Assembly (NCBI RefSeq): GCF_009914755.1
Contig: NC_060932.1
DNA length: 64,000 bases
Reading direction: 5' to 3' (one strand)
Source: the human T2T-CHM13v2.0 reference genome, Homo sapiens
The notes beneath the pieces were generated by a model. That model searched no databases. It saw only the letters and a program-made list of their open reading frames with translations, and had not been told where the DNA came from. Shown in pieces: positions 12,118-25,015 of this stretch. A program made the position numbers and the translations under genes. Every line of letters begins with the position of its first letter. Within the stretch, counting starts at the first letter, position 1.

Positions 12118-13191
12118 CATTTTCAGCATTTTTTGATGTCAGTTATGGGTTCATTGTTTTCAATATAAGATAACATGAGCAGAGACTGTGTAGGTGGGAT
12201 TGAGAGTGAAGACTGGGCTCATTGACAACCTCTCATCATCTCGTCAAGCAGAGTTTCCCATATCCTCTGAATCTATGCCTGTGTAACTCCAAATATTAGC
12301 ATAAATATAAAAAATTCATCCATTTGGATATTTTATCTACATGATATTAATTATTGAAATGAATCTAAATTCTTTTCACAATGATTTTGGCAAGAAGCAC
12401 TGGCTTGGAGTAAAGTCAGAAAACATGACACATAGCAAACATTTATAGACCATCTTTTTAATTGTCCATATGAAAAGAATAACATCTAGCTGATTAGATG
12501 TATTTTAGGGGAATTTGGGAAAGAATAAATAACTCTATGCCTTATGACTGTCCTGATATCTGCTATTTATATCTCTGTTCTGGGCAAAGAACACCAAAAC
12601 CGAATGAATTAATTGTTGTGCATGCTATTATGTCTTGGATATAGTAATATCAACATTTATACAAATATCGACTCAGTACAGATAAAAAATAGAAAGTAAT
12701 TTTCATCTTTTGTTTTTAAAGAAGGAAAAATATTATTATAGACCCTGAACCTTCTTCTTCACTGAATGGGAGGAAATAAAAGATATAGAAGCCTGAGGAA
12801 TATAAAATAATAAGAAGGTAATGTGATAGAAAGTGGCTGAGGCTATGTAGTTTGAATCTCCAGAAAAGGCCTCTCTGAGAAGGAGACTTTGAGCTTGGAG
12901 ATCTGAGTAACAAGAAGAAGCCAACCATGCAGGGAACAGTATTTCAGGCAGAGGGAATAGCAAGCACAAATGCTCAGGTGTGAATGATTCCAGCTGTGGT
13001 AGCCAGAGTCTATGATGCAAGGGCTAGGAGGGGTGGTAGTGAAAGGAGTTTGCATTGTATTTGAACACCAGGAGGAAACCAACACGTAGCATTAAGCAAA
13101 AAGTGGTATGATATGATTTATAGTTTCAAAAGATTACAATGGTTGTTCTGTAAGAAGATACCAGAAGAAGCAAGGAGACCAGATGTGGCTA

Positions 13192-14494
13192 TTTTAAAAA
13201 TTTTTCGTTGATAAATAATAACTATACATATTTATGGGATACATGTGATATTTTGATATACACATACAATGTGTAATGATCAAATCACACACTTAACATA
13301 TCTGTCACCTCAAACATTATCATTTCTTTGTGTTGGGAACATTTCAGATCTGTTCTTCTAGCTATCTGGAAATATAAAATATATTATTGTTAATTATATG
13401 TCTTAGGCTGTTTGTGTTGTTATAAAATTAATTTATAAAGAAAAATATTTATTTGGTTCACGTTTGTGATGTCTGGAAAAATTCAAAATTGGGCATCTGT
13501 ATTTGGTGAAGGCCACAGGCCACTTCCCCTCATGGAGGAAGGTATAGAGAGCCCGTATGTGCAGAGATTACATGGTGAGAGAGGAAACAAGAAGGGAACA
13601 GGAGGAAACTAGCAGAGGAAGAACTCACTCTTAGTTTCTGCAAGAGGAATTAACTCACTCCCGATCTCCCCACTCCCTGGGTAAGGCATTAATCTATTTA
13701 TGAAGGTTTCACATCTATGACCCAAACACCTTCCATTAAGCCCCACCTTCAACACTGGGAATCAAATTTCAACATGAGGTGTATAGAGGCAAACATCCAA
13801 ACTGTAGCACTATAGTCACTCGAATGTGCTGTTGCACACTAGGACTTATTTATTCCTTCTATCTAACTGTATGTTTTTGCACATTAACCAAACTGTCTTC
13901 ATTCCTCACTCCCTCATCCTTCCCTGCCTTCAGTACTATATTTCTACTCTTTATCTTCATAAGATTCACTTTTCAGCTTCCACATATGAATGAGAACATG
14001 CAATATTTGTGCTTTTGTGTCAGGCTTATTTCATGTAACATAATGACCTCCAATTCCATCTATGTTGCTGCAAATGACAGGATTTCATTCTTTCTTGTGG
14101 CTAAATAATATTCTGTTGTACACATTTACCACATTTTCTTTATCCATTTACTCATTGATGGATATTTAGGTTACTTTCATATACTGTTATTGTGATTAGT
14201 GCAACAATAAACATAGGTGTGAAGTTATCCCTTTGATGTGCTTTTTTCCTTTTCTTTGGATCAGTCCCCAAATTGAGATTGCTGGATCATATGGTAGTTC
14301 TATTTTTAGTTCTTTGAGGAGTCTCCAGACTGTTTTCCTTAATGGCTATGCAAATTTCCATTCAACAGCGTATAAAAGTTCCATTTTCTCGGCATCTTTG
14401 TCAGCATTTGTAAAATTTTTTTTGTCTTTTTGATAATAACCATACTAACTAGGGTAAGATAATACCTCATTGTGGTTTTGATTTGCATTTCCCA
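13192..14494 (-). mobile_element. L1MA-type 3' end (3'UTR plus end of ORF2), interrupted by an MST LTR
   Basis: Antisense L1 3'UTR; minus-strand ORF shows IWEMQIKTTMRYYLT, typical of the ORF2 C-terminus. Confidence 0.88.
13399..13809 (-). mobile_element. MST-type MaLR solo LTR
   Basis: tgtcttaggctgtttgtgttg...acatccaaactgtagca; TSD ttata/ctata. Confidence 0.82.
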
Positions 14495-15878
14495 AATAAT
14501 TCCAGGAAAGAGATGACATTGGGTTAGATTAGAGGGGAACCAGGGGATGAGTACAAAAGATGAGGAGAAGTTAGAATCTATTTTAGAAACAGAGTCAACA
14601 GAACTCACCAAATAGATGCAGTTAAGGAAGCAAGGAAAGTAACTAAGGGTAACACCTGTTTGTGGCTTAAGTAACTGAATAAATGGGGGTAAGACAATAT
14701 GAGACAGCAAATATTTGGGGAATATTTTATGTGGTATTTTTGGAAAAAGGTGAAAATGTTATTAATTTAAAATCTATTATGCTTCCAATTGAAGATGAAA
14801 AGAATTGCCTAGAAAAGTCTGGAACTCAAGGAAGAGGTCAGGGCTGGAGATATAAATTTAGAAGACATTGGAATATAGGTTTAATTAAAGCCAGTTGGCC
14901 AGATGAGATCCTCCATGTAAAGATTATAGATAGAGAAGATAAGAGGGATCAAAACCAAGCCTTGGGGAATTCCAGTATTAAGAGTTGCCAGAGAAAGAAA
15001 CCAACAAAGACAGAAAAAGCAATCAGTACGGTGGGAAGAAACCAAGAGGGCCTGATGTCATAAAGGCATTTCAGGCTAGAGAAAGTGTTTAATTAAAGAG
15101 AAGAAAGAAGAACTTCCATTGCATTTGGCAATGGAGGTCACATTTGTGATCTGGACAGGATAGTTGCAGAGAGTAATGAGTTTAAGTTGTACATCAAAGT
15201 AAAAGACACACACTCTGGCCAAAGGAACAGCCACAGAAGGCTGGCATATGATGTGCCTGGCACGCAAGTTTTGGTTTTGTCCTTTGGATTCTCCTGTTAG
15301 ATATATGTGGCTGTTAAACAAGGTCTCAGAAATAACGGCTTGGTAATGGATGATTCTGACAGGATACAAGAAATCCCAGAGTGTTAAGCTCATCAGGTTT
15401 ATTGTTAGTTCTTGTTTCCTGGAAGTGTTTGAAGCCTTGACTCTATTAGGTGAAATATGACTCCATTAAATTGTCTGACATTTTAATACTTTAATTTAGT
15501 GCCAGGGACCACTTTTAGTGTAAAATGTTTCACAGAGGGTTCTATTTTAAACTGCCTGGCTTTTGTAACTCTCAGTTTTTTCTTCCAAGCCTTTCACCAG
15601 TGTAACCATCCCAAATTTGCATCTTGTCTGATGCTAACTGAGGAAGAAGGGCACCTGGAGTTTGACCAGCAGGAACAAAACATGTTAAAATTGTTGCAGA
15701 AGATGATGAGGTAAAAACACATAGCACTGGGGCACAAAACCCTGGAGCCTGGAGCCTGTTGCAGGTGTTTAGCACTGACCTTCCACATAACCATGGGTAG
15801 CCATAGGACCTCTTTAACCCTCAGTTTTCACATTTGTAAAGGCAGTGAGCAGGAATTGCATTTTAAATATACAATTGT

Positions 15879-16315
15879 TGTCACTGGTAGCATCTATCTG
15901 GGGCCAGTGGCACAGGAGTAAAGAGAATTTACCCAGACAGTTGTGAGGAAAGAAAGCCATATTGATTAGAGAAAGCATGAAAATACGTTGCAAGGGTGCA
16001 ATGGGCAAATCAGCAAGATAGGAGCTGACTGCAAGGAGACAAAGGCTTGCTGGGGATTTTATGGGATGGCGCTTGTGCTGGGGAGGGCTATGTGCTTTAC
16101 TGATAATGCCAAAGTTGTAGTAAGCTAACTTGCAGTTTTCTATTGTCTGAGGGTCTGATAGTAAGTTGGGCATGAGAAGATTGTTAGTAATTTGCACAGA
16201 AGGGCTATGTGTCCTGGACCATGAAGAAAGGCAGACTTGTAGCTTATCTGCTTTTTCTTTTTGGTTTCTCCTGCTCCCAACAACCTGACTCCTTTTCTCT
16301 AATTAGGACTTCACA
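15879..16315 (-). mobile_element. ERVL solo LTR (LTR47A-like)
   Basis: Reverse strand begins tgtgaagtcctaattagagaaaaggagtcagg and ends in TGACA; TSD attgt/agtgt. Confidence 0.75.
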
Positions 16316-16959
16316 AGTGTGGCATCTCATGTATTCTAAAGTATATGGTGACCATCTAAGGAAGTTGGTTTGAATGTGCAGGTCTAGCAAAGAACATGCC
16401 CTGGATATAAAACCTAGGAATCACCATCTGATCGAAGATGGAGATGAATGACTTCACCCTAGGGCAAGAAGGACTTAAGAAGAATAGGAAGGATGGCAGG
16501 AATGGAGGAAAACATGGTGGATGGAAAGATGAGACACTGAAACAATTTGAAGATTGGAAGGTGAGAGTCTGAGGTCCAAAGCTTTACACCAGTTGTTGAA
16601 GAACCTTGATCACAGGCCAGCCAGGACCTCAAAGGCTCAAGAGAAATGATGACAAGGTTTGCTTGGCTTATTTAGAGCTGGGCTATAGAGCGGGAAGATT
16701 GTGGTTAAATCTTAGCAGAACTGATAAAAAGCATGAAGTTGTACTGAGAGATTTTTCAACTGTACATAGTTGCAGAAAGAAACAACCTGCTACCATAGTA
16801 AATATTTGTGTTAGAACTCAGTGGATGAAGGTGGAGGGGGGAACATGGACTGGAGGGGCTAACAGAGTATATGTAGTAGGCAAGTGGGATTGGAGTACAA
16901 GGGAAGGATAGCTGGGGGTGACGAGGTTGAGTCTGTGAATGAGAAGGGCTTAGGTCAAT

Positions 16960-17093
16960 TTCTCTTTCTACCCTTCTTCCAGCTCTTCTCCTCCCTCTTT
17001 ATTCCTCCCCTCTTCCCCTTCCCCCTCTTTTCCTCCTTCCCTCTGCCTCCTCTCTTCTTCCTCCTTTCTGCCTTTACTTTATCCTTTAAAGTC

Positions 17094-17127
<34 letters not shown>
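16960..17127. repeat. CT-rich polypyrimidine tract followed by (AAAAC)n
   Basis: Seen directly. Confidence 0.9.
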
Positions 17128-17214
17128 CTGTGATGATAGAACCCAAAGTGTACTGAGAGATTTCTTAACTGTGGGCAGGATTGTTAAGTGGTAGTAAACT
17201 CAAGACAACATTTA

Positions 17215-17445
17215 TATTGCACTTTACAATACATAAAGCACTTTCACGTAATTAACTCCTTTGATTTGATCATCACAACAATGCCTGAGGCTAATAGTTA
17301 TAAACCTTGTTACTGATGAAGAAGCTGAAATTCTTATCAGTTAAATGTGTTGCTTTGGGCTTAGTAATTGGCAGAGCAAGCCAAGTCTGTCTCCAGACCC
17401 CGTGGTCTTCTGGTTCCAAATTCCATGCTCTTCTCATTATACAGC
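17215..17445 (-). mobile_element. MIR
   Basis: ttactgatgaagaagctgaaa...gttaaatgtgttgc, antisense MIR core. Confidence 0.55.
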
Positions 17446-19046
17446 ACAATACTTTTTTTTTTTATAAAATGGGAAAGTCTTTTTTTTTAATGTATTTACA
17501 GACAGTTCATGGCTTTAGACACACACACAATAAAGCCATTTTTATTAAATATAAGAAAGTGGAGCAAATTTGCGTCCTTTTTTATTTTCTAATGACAATG
17601 CTAAAAGCTAAAAGGCAATTGGCCATTGACGGGAGAACAAAGGAACCTGAATAATTGATAAAATGTATTCTAAATCCAGAAACTGTCAAAGTAGGCGATG
17701 TCAGAGATGCTGCAGTTGCTTGGTTGTTCGTGATATCTGATGACGCTGCATCTCAGTCATAAAAACTTCAGGGAATCTGAAAGAAATAATAATGCGCCAT
17801 GGTATTTTGAGCTTATCACCACAAGAAATACTCTGTAATTGCATCAAATGATTATAAATGGCATATTTTAGGGACATAATAAGCAATGCAAAGGACAGGT
17901 CTGCTTATTAGTGCCAAAATTTGTATTTATTCCCATATTGCTTTTTTTTCCTAGGCATTTTCCGGCATCTCATTTCTGACTATTAAATTATACCCCAAAT
18001 AGAATATGTAACTACATGTAACCAACCTATTTTGGTCTACATTAAGTGCAGCAGCATAAATAGAAACTGAAAATAATCAGAAGCATTTAGAATTTCGTTT
18101 TTATTCATCTGATTTACTTGGCCTTTTGTCTGGGATGTAAGTGATTCTGAGCCCCTCTCCAGACTCACACTTTCCCCAGGTTTCAGTACCTGGGGCTCAC
18201 AATCTCAGTGGAAGAGTTTCAAGGCAATCTTCCACTCAGGACTCCTTATGCCTTGCATGCACACAAAGCAGCGTTGCTCAAAACATAGGAAACAACTATG
18301 AGGAATAAAAAGGAAAAGCTTGTTCCTTAAAGAACGAGAAGGAGGCCAGCAGTCTTTTTCATACCTTCTTGTTTATAGAAAGCAGATTTTTTTTTTTTTT
18401 TTTTAGTAAAAGCATATTTGGAGCAGGAAAGAAATATGACCTAGACTGTGTTGTTTTCTTTTATTGTATCTACAAATAGTTTAGCTGAAGTGAGCTTTTC
18501 AGTTATTGATTTTAAATCATAAGTTTAATTCGTCATCAAGGCAACAACAAATGTGATGTTTGGGGCAGATGCAAAGTTGAAGTATGTCTAAAGAAATAGC
18601 ACGCTAGTTGCGTTTAATGTGGAAGGTAAATTATAACAAAACAAACTAAAACCCCACAAACTCTAAAGATTTTCCCTTATAGTTATAGAAATTAGGAAAT
18701 GCCCTAATGTGCATCTTTCCTTCCCAACTGTACTGAGATTTTGAATTTTTTATAATTTGTACTAATATGTAACTAGACCAGATATAATCTGTTGAGGCTT
18801 TCTTGTGATGGAAAGCAGGTGAAATCAATTTTCAGTTGAAATATGCTTTTCAGTTCACTATATGATGTTTGTAGGGCTTTTTTAGAGAAGGGCTTTGCAT
18901 TTAGACTTGAGCAGTTTAGCAGGCTTCGTCGGAGGGTAAATCTGGCTGCTGGATCTAGTTGGAATGTTTTCTTTTCATAAGAAGAGTTGGAGATAAAGTG
19001 ATTCTTGCTTTCAAATACACTTTTAACAATACAAAAGAATAATTGA

Positions 19047-19346
<300 letters not shown>

Positions 19347-19785
19347 TGAAGACTTTTGTATGTTAGGTGCTAAGTAATACAAAAGTAAAAGTGCCACTGT
19401 TTCTGTCCTCAAGGAATTTACAGTCTGGAGAAGGAGACAAAATATAAACAAACACACTGATAAGTAAATGATTACAAATTGTGCCAAGTGCCATGATAGA
19501 AAAGAATTGATGTGCATTATCTCTGTGCTCCCTGTTAGGGGCACCTGACCCATCAGGAAGGCCATTGATCATACCCATCAGTCTTCCAGGTATACCAAGG
19601 ACATTGGATTGAATGTCACAGGACCTGGATTCAAGCCCTGCCATCGAATCCAGCTGGGTGTTTCTGGACTTCAGTTTCTGTATATTCAGTAATAGTATCG
19701 AATATTAGTGGGAGTAATAGCATTGAATGCCCTCCATGCTCACTGGAACTTCATCCACAATTACCATGTCTTGGTGGCTTTCTAA

Positions 19786-20552
19786 GTTTTTTTTTAATTT
19801 TTAATTTCTAATTTTTGTAGGTACACTGTAGGTGTCTATATTTATGGGGTATGTGAGATATTTTGATAAAGGCATGCAATGCATAATAATCACATCATGG
19901 AAAATGGGGTATCCATCTCCTCAAGCATTTATCCTTTGTGTTACAAACAATTCAATTATGTTTTTTAAGTTATTTTAAAATGTACAAATACATTATTTTG
20001 GCTATAGTCACACTGTCATGCTATTAAATGCTAGGTCTTCTAATTATTTTTTGTACCCTTTAACCATCTCTACCTCTCCCTGATCCCCCAGTACCCTTCC
20101 TATCCTCTGGTAACCATCCTTCCATTCTCTATCTCCATGGGTCCAGTTGTTTTGATTTTTACATTCAGTAAATGAGTAAGAATACACAATGTTTGTCTTT
20201 CTGTTCCTGGCTTATTTCACTTAACATGATGACCACAGTTCCATCCATATTGTTGCAAATAACAGGATCTCATTGTTTTCATGAATAAATAGTACTCCAT
20301 TGTTTATATGTACCACAATTTCTTTGTCCATTCATGTGTTGATGGATACTTAGGTTGCTTCCAAATATTGGCTATTGTGAACAGTGCTGCAACAAACATG
20401 GATGTGCAGGTATCTCTTTGACATGCTGATTTCCTTTCTTTTGGGAATATACCCAGCAGTGGGATTGCTGGATCATATGGTAGCTCTGTATTTAGTTTTT
20501 TGGGGAAATCCCAAACTGCTCTTCATTGTGGTTGTACTCATTTACATTCCTA
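19786..20552 (-). mobile_element. 5'-truncated L1MA1-3-type LINE
   Basis: T-rich tail then antisense 3'UTR/ORF2 end; TSD gtggctttcta at 19774-19784 and 20553-20563. Confidence 0.9.
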
Positions 20553-20935
20553 GTGGCTTTCTAGAACCTCCTCTTGGGGAGCCATATGGAAATTTTGCTG
20601 AAGGTGAGAATATGGCAGCTTGATGCAATGCAGTGTTTTTTCAAGCTTCTTAATTTGTTGTTGTTTTGAGATCTAAGTCTCAGGAGAGATGCACCGAGGC
20701 TGCTGCAGAGCTGTAGAGAGGAGATGAGGAGCGAGCAAAGGAGGTAGGGTTGGAGGCGCAGGGCATCTCCCACCCTGACTTGTCTCAGACATGCCCCTCC
20801 TTTATCTGTTGATTATACCAGGCTTACAGGGAGGATTTTATCCAAAGAATTCACCTGCTAAAAGAGGAAAACATTTTAAAATTACTGTTGTAGTCCAAAT
20901 AGTCTCTGGAACTAGACGATTCTGGATTCCAAATA

Positions 20936-22148
20936 TAGACATGTGGTGCTTAACGACAGGGATACTTTGATAAATGCATTATTAGACTATTTTGTACTTG
21001 TGTGAACATCACAGAGTGCACTTACATGAACCCTGATGGCAAAACATACTACAGACATACTACATACTAGGCTTATGTGGTCTAGCCTCTTACTCCTAGG
21101 CTACAAATCTGTACGGCATGTTATTGTACTTAATACTGTAGGCAATTGTTAATACAGTGGTATTTGTTTATCTAAACTATCAAAACCTAGAAAAGGCACA
21201 GTAAAATATGGTATAAAAGATTTTATTTAAAGTACACCTATATAAGGCACTTCCCATGAATGGAGCTTGCAGGACTGCGTGTTGCTCTGGGTGGGTCAGT
21301 GAGTGAGTGGTGAGAGAGTGTGAAGGCCTAAGACATTACTGTACACTACTGTAGACTTTATAAACACTATATTTAGGCTACCTATATTTATAGAAAAATC
21401 TTCTTTCTTCAATAATAAATTAATGTTAGCTTACTGTAACTTTCTGACTTAATAAATGTTTTAATTTTTCAAAACTTTTTGACTCTTTTTCAATAATAGC
21501 TTGAAATACAAACACATTGTACAGCTGTATAAAAATAATTTCTTTTTATCCTCATTCTATAAACTTTTTTGAATTTTTAAATTTTTTAATATAATTTTTA
21601 AAATTTTGTTAAAAACAAAGACACAAACACACACATTAGCCTAGGCCCACACAGGGTCAGGATTGTCAGTATCACTGTCTTCCACCTCCACATCTTGTCC
21701 TACTGGAAGGTCTTCAGGGTAAATAACAAGCACGAAGCTGTCATCTCCTATAACAATGCCTTCTTCTGGAATTCCTCCTGAAGGACCTGCCTGAGGCTGT
21801 TTCACAGTTAACTTTTTTTTTTTTTAATAAAAAATACATGTAGAAGCAGTACACTCTAAAATAACAATAAAAGTGCAGTATAGTAAATACATAAGCCAAT
21901 AACAGTTTTTCTAATCATTATCAGGTAATATGTACTCCATATAATTGCATGTGCTAGACTCATACAAGTGGTAGTGCAGTAGGTATGTTTACGCTAGCAT
22001 CACCGCAGACACATGAGTAATACTGTGACATTATGAGGGCTATGATGTCACTAAGTGATAGAAATTTTTTAGCTCTGTTATAACCTTATAGGTCCACATC
22101 ATATAGGCAATCCATCAGTGACCAAAATGTCATTATGTAGAGCATGAC
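20936..22148. mobile_element. Tigger3b-like (Golem) non-autonomous DNA transposon, ~1.2 kb
   Basis: Terminal inverted repeats (tagacatgtggtgcttaacgac ... gtcattatgtagagcatgac) and typical internal sequence. Confidence 0.85.
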
Positions 22149-22507
22149 TGTATTAGTTCGTTTTCACGCTGCTGATAAAGATATACCTGACACTGGGCAA
22201 TTTACAAAAGAAAGAGGCTTAATGGACTCACAGTTCCGCATGGCTAGAGAGGCCTCACAATCATGGCAGAAGGTGGAAGGCACCTCTCACATGGCAGCAG
22301 ACAAGAGAAGAGAACTTGTGCAGGGAAACTCCCCTTTATGAAACCATCAGATCTCGTGAGACTTACTCACTATCACAAGAATAGCATGGCAAAGACCCGC
22401 CACCATGATTCAATTACCTCCCACCAGGTGTCTCCCACAACACATGGGAATTGTGGGAGCTACAATTCAAGATGAGATTTGGGTGGGGACACAGCTAAAC
22501 CATATCA
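22149..22507 (-). mobile_element. THE1 (THE1A/B-type) solo LTR
   Basis: tgtattagttcgttttcacgctgctgataaag...aaaccatatca; TSD atgac/gtgac. Confidence 0.92.
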
Positions 22508-23845
22508 GTGACTACAGTACTATAGCAGTTGAATAGTTTTTTTTAAATCCCTTGAGTATCTTATGATCTATAAAATGGCAGTCAAGCCTATCCTGTGGAT
22601 ATTTGCAAGGCTTATAAATATTGTCTGGAAGAGAAAGATGACTTAGGAGTATATTATAACTCTTGATGTTTTTATTATATTTGTCATTAATGTGCACAAA
22701 TTATAAATGTATTATCATTAATAATAATTTATTTAAAAAAGTGATGGGATATCATAAAACCCTTGGGTGAATTCAAACATGGCCACTTTGTATGACAAAT
22801 TACATGCTTCTATTTCTGTTCCACCCAGGGTTTCTTTTGAGCAGTGGAAATTCATCTGGAAACTTAATGTTATCCCACTATAGAGAGCCATTCTTGATGT
22901 GCCACTAATTCTGCCAAATAGGCTGACTTGACTACTCTCTTAGGATACAGAATTATATGAAGCAAAATAGAGTTGAGAAGGAAAAAGTACAAACGTTGTG
23001 TGTGCATATAACAAACAGATGACTGCTTTAGACATATTTGGTCTGTAAACACCTGTGGAATCTTGCCTGTGTCTCTAATTTTTCCAGATTTTGCTCATGG
23101 GAGAGACACAATTTGTTCTTTGAATGTAGCCATTATATTTTAACATACATGCTGATTTAATCATGCTGGTCAAAATTTTCTTTTTATAGCATCCAGACAG
23201 CTTGTGCATATAACTACATGCAGTTTTATTTTGTGGCCAACTGGCAACCATATGGAAGTCAGTTAAAATGTATTTTGATTATATGACTCTGTGCACATAG
23301 GCACATCATCTCAGGAAGGCTCAGGTAGCATAGAGGCAAGTGAATTCAGCCTGAGATTACAGTAAAGACATGAATCTGATAGTCTGGCATTTCTGGACTC
23401 ACACTGATTTCTTGAAGAAAAGCCCATACAGTTGGAATCAGTGCCTTAAATTAGGTTTCTTAATATGATGAGCTCATAAAATATGTGTTGTCCCGCCTTC
23501 TTCAGATGTGAGAGTTGATGTTACAGAGATCTCTTTGGTAATATGACTATTTTAATAAAATATTCACAATTAAAAATATATAGAAGAAAGCAGCAAGGAA
23601 AGACTAGAACTAATGATTAGAGTTGTTGAAAATGCATACATAATTTACTCCCTTTTTAAAAAAAATGGAACTGGGCTATTCTGTTGTACATAGACTTTTG
23701 TCAAAATCAAATTAAGAATACTTTACTCAGTTTTCTTTTTCTTCCTTTATTCATCTCTGTAAATATGATTTTAAAGGCCCTTGAAAACAAAATAATTATC
23801 TTATTAAAATTTAGTTACATGTTGTGTTTAAAATGCTAAAGTTTT

Positions 23846-24134
23846 GGCCAGCCGCAGTGGCTCACGCCTGTAATCCCAGTACTTTGCCCGAGATGGGCAG
23901 ATCATGAGGTCAGGAGTTCAAGACCAGCCTGACCAACATGGTGAAACCCTGTCTCTACTAAAAATACAACAACAACAACAACAACAACAAATTAGCCAGG
24001 AGTGGTGGTGCGTGCCTGTAATCCCAGCTACTCAGGAGGCTGAGGCAGGAGTATCGCTTGAACCCAGGAGGCGGAGGTCGCAGTGAGCCGAGATTGCGCA
24101 ACAGAGTGTGACTCAGTCTTAAAAGAAAAAAAAA
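23846..24134 (+). mobile_element. AluS with (CAA)8 in the linker and two small deletions
   Basis: Alu sequence; (CAA)8 at 23967-23990; degenerate TSD aaaatgctaaagttt/aaaattctaaaattt. Confidence 0.93.
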
Positions 24135-25015
24135 ATTCTAAAATTTATCGGAGAAAACAATTGGGATCTATTTTTAGTCTCAAATGTAGGCATATACAAA
24201 AATAATACATAGTAGTTTTCTAAGTACTATTAGACATTTGTTTCCCATTTTGCCATTTGCTTTCAGTTTACCTGACATGAAGATAAAAATGATAGCTATT
24301 TCTCACTTGGCATTTGAAAGACAAGAGCAATAAGAAACCCAGCAAAACTCCTAGAGAATTTTCATGGGGAAAATAAGCATATTGACATTCTTTGACTTTT
24401 GTAAATTGATTTTTTGGCTCCAGCTGCTCTAAAGCCATTAAGAGTTAGAGTTAATCATTCTTGATTTTTTTATTGTTAGTCAGTTCCCTTATTCATAACA
24501 CTGAATAATAGCAATACTACTGAGTTTTATTTGTGTTCACATTCAGTGCTATGTTAAAAAATTCACAAAGTAACACACTGAAATTCTTGCAGGTAACTGG
24601 TAAAATATGTAGTCTTTAGTAGACTGTTGATTGATATTCTAGTAAAAGAGTAAATCTTGTGAATTTCAGAGGTGGTCCCAAGATGGTCTTAACCCTACTG
24701 TGTTAAAAAATATCAGCATCTTTTTCCTATAAAGACAACCTGAAGGCTCTTTTGAAATATGTATAAGTGCTTCTTTTTAAAAAACTTATTGATCAAATCA
24801 GCTTAATTAGCTATGAAAGGAATGATCCTTCACCCCTATGTTAATGTCTGTTTACACTGTGAGTTTGTAAAAGCTTCTGATAGAGATTGATGCCATATCT
24901 AATAAATTATCCCACTATATATTCATAAAGTACTATGATTATATCTATATGAATATATATATAGGTGAATGTAGATTCATATCAAAAATTGAAACCCAGA
25001 GAAAAAACTTGGAAT

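Larger units (their letters stand above)
12830..15240 (-). mobile_element. L2 fragments (12830-13190 and 14495-15240) interrupted by L1MA
   Basis: Antisense L2 motifs: ggcctctctgagaaggagactttgagc..., tctggaactcaaggaagaggtcagggctggagatataaattt. Confidence 0.7.

Noticed and set aside
14683-15063. 126-aa ORF
   Set aside because: Lies in degenerate antisense L2; chance ORF.
23904-24086. PolyQ-containing ORF
   Set aside because: Entirely Alu; the glutamines come from the (CAA)8 linker.
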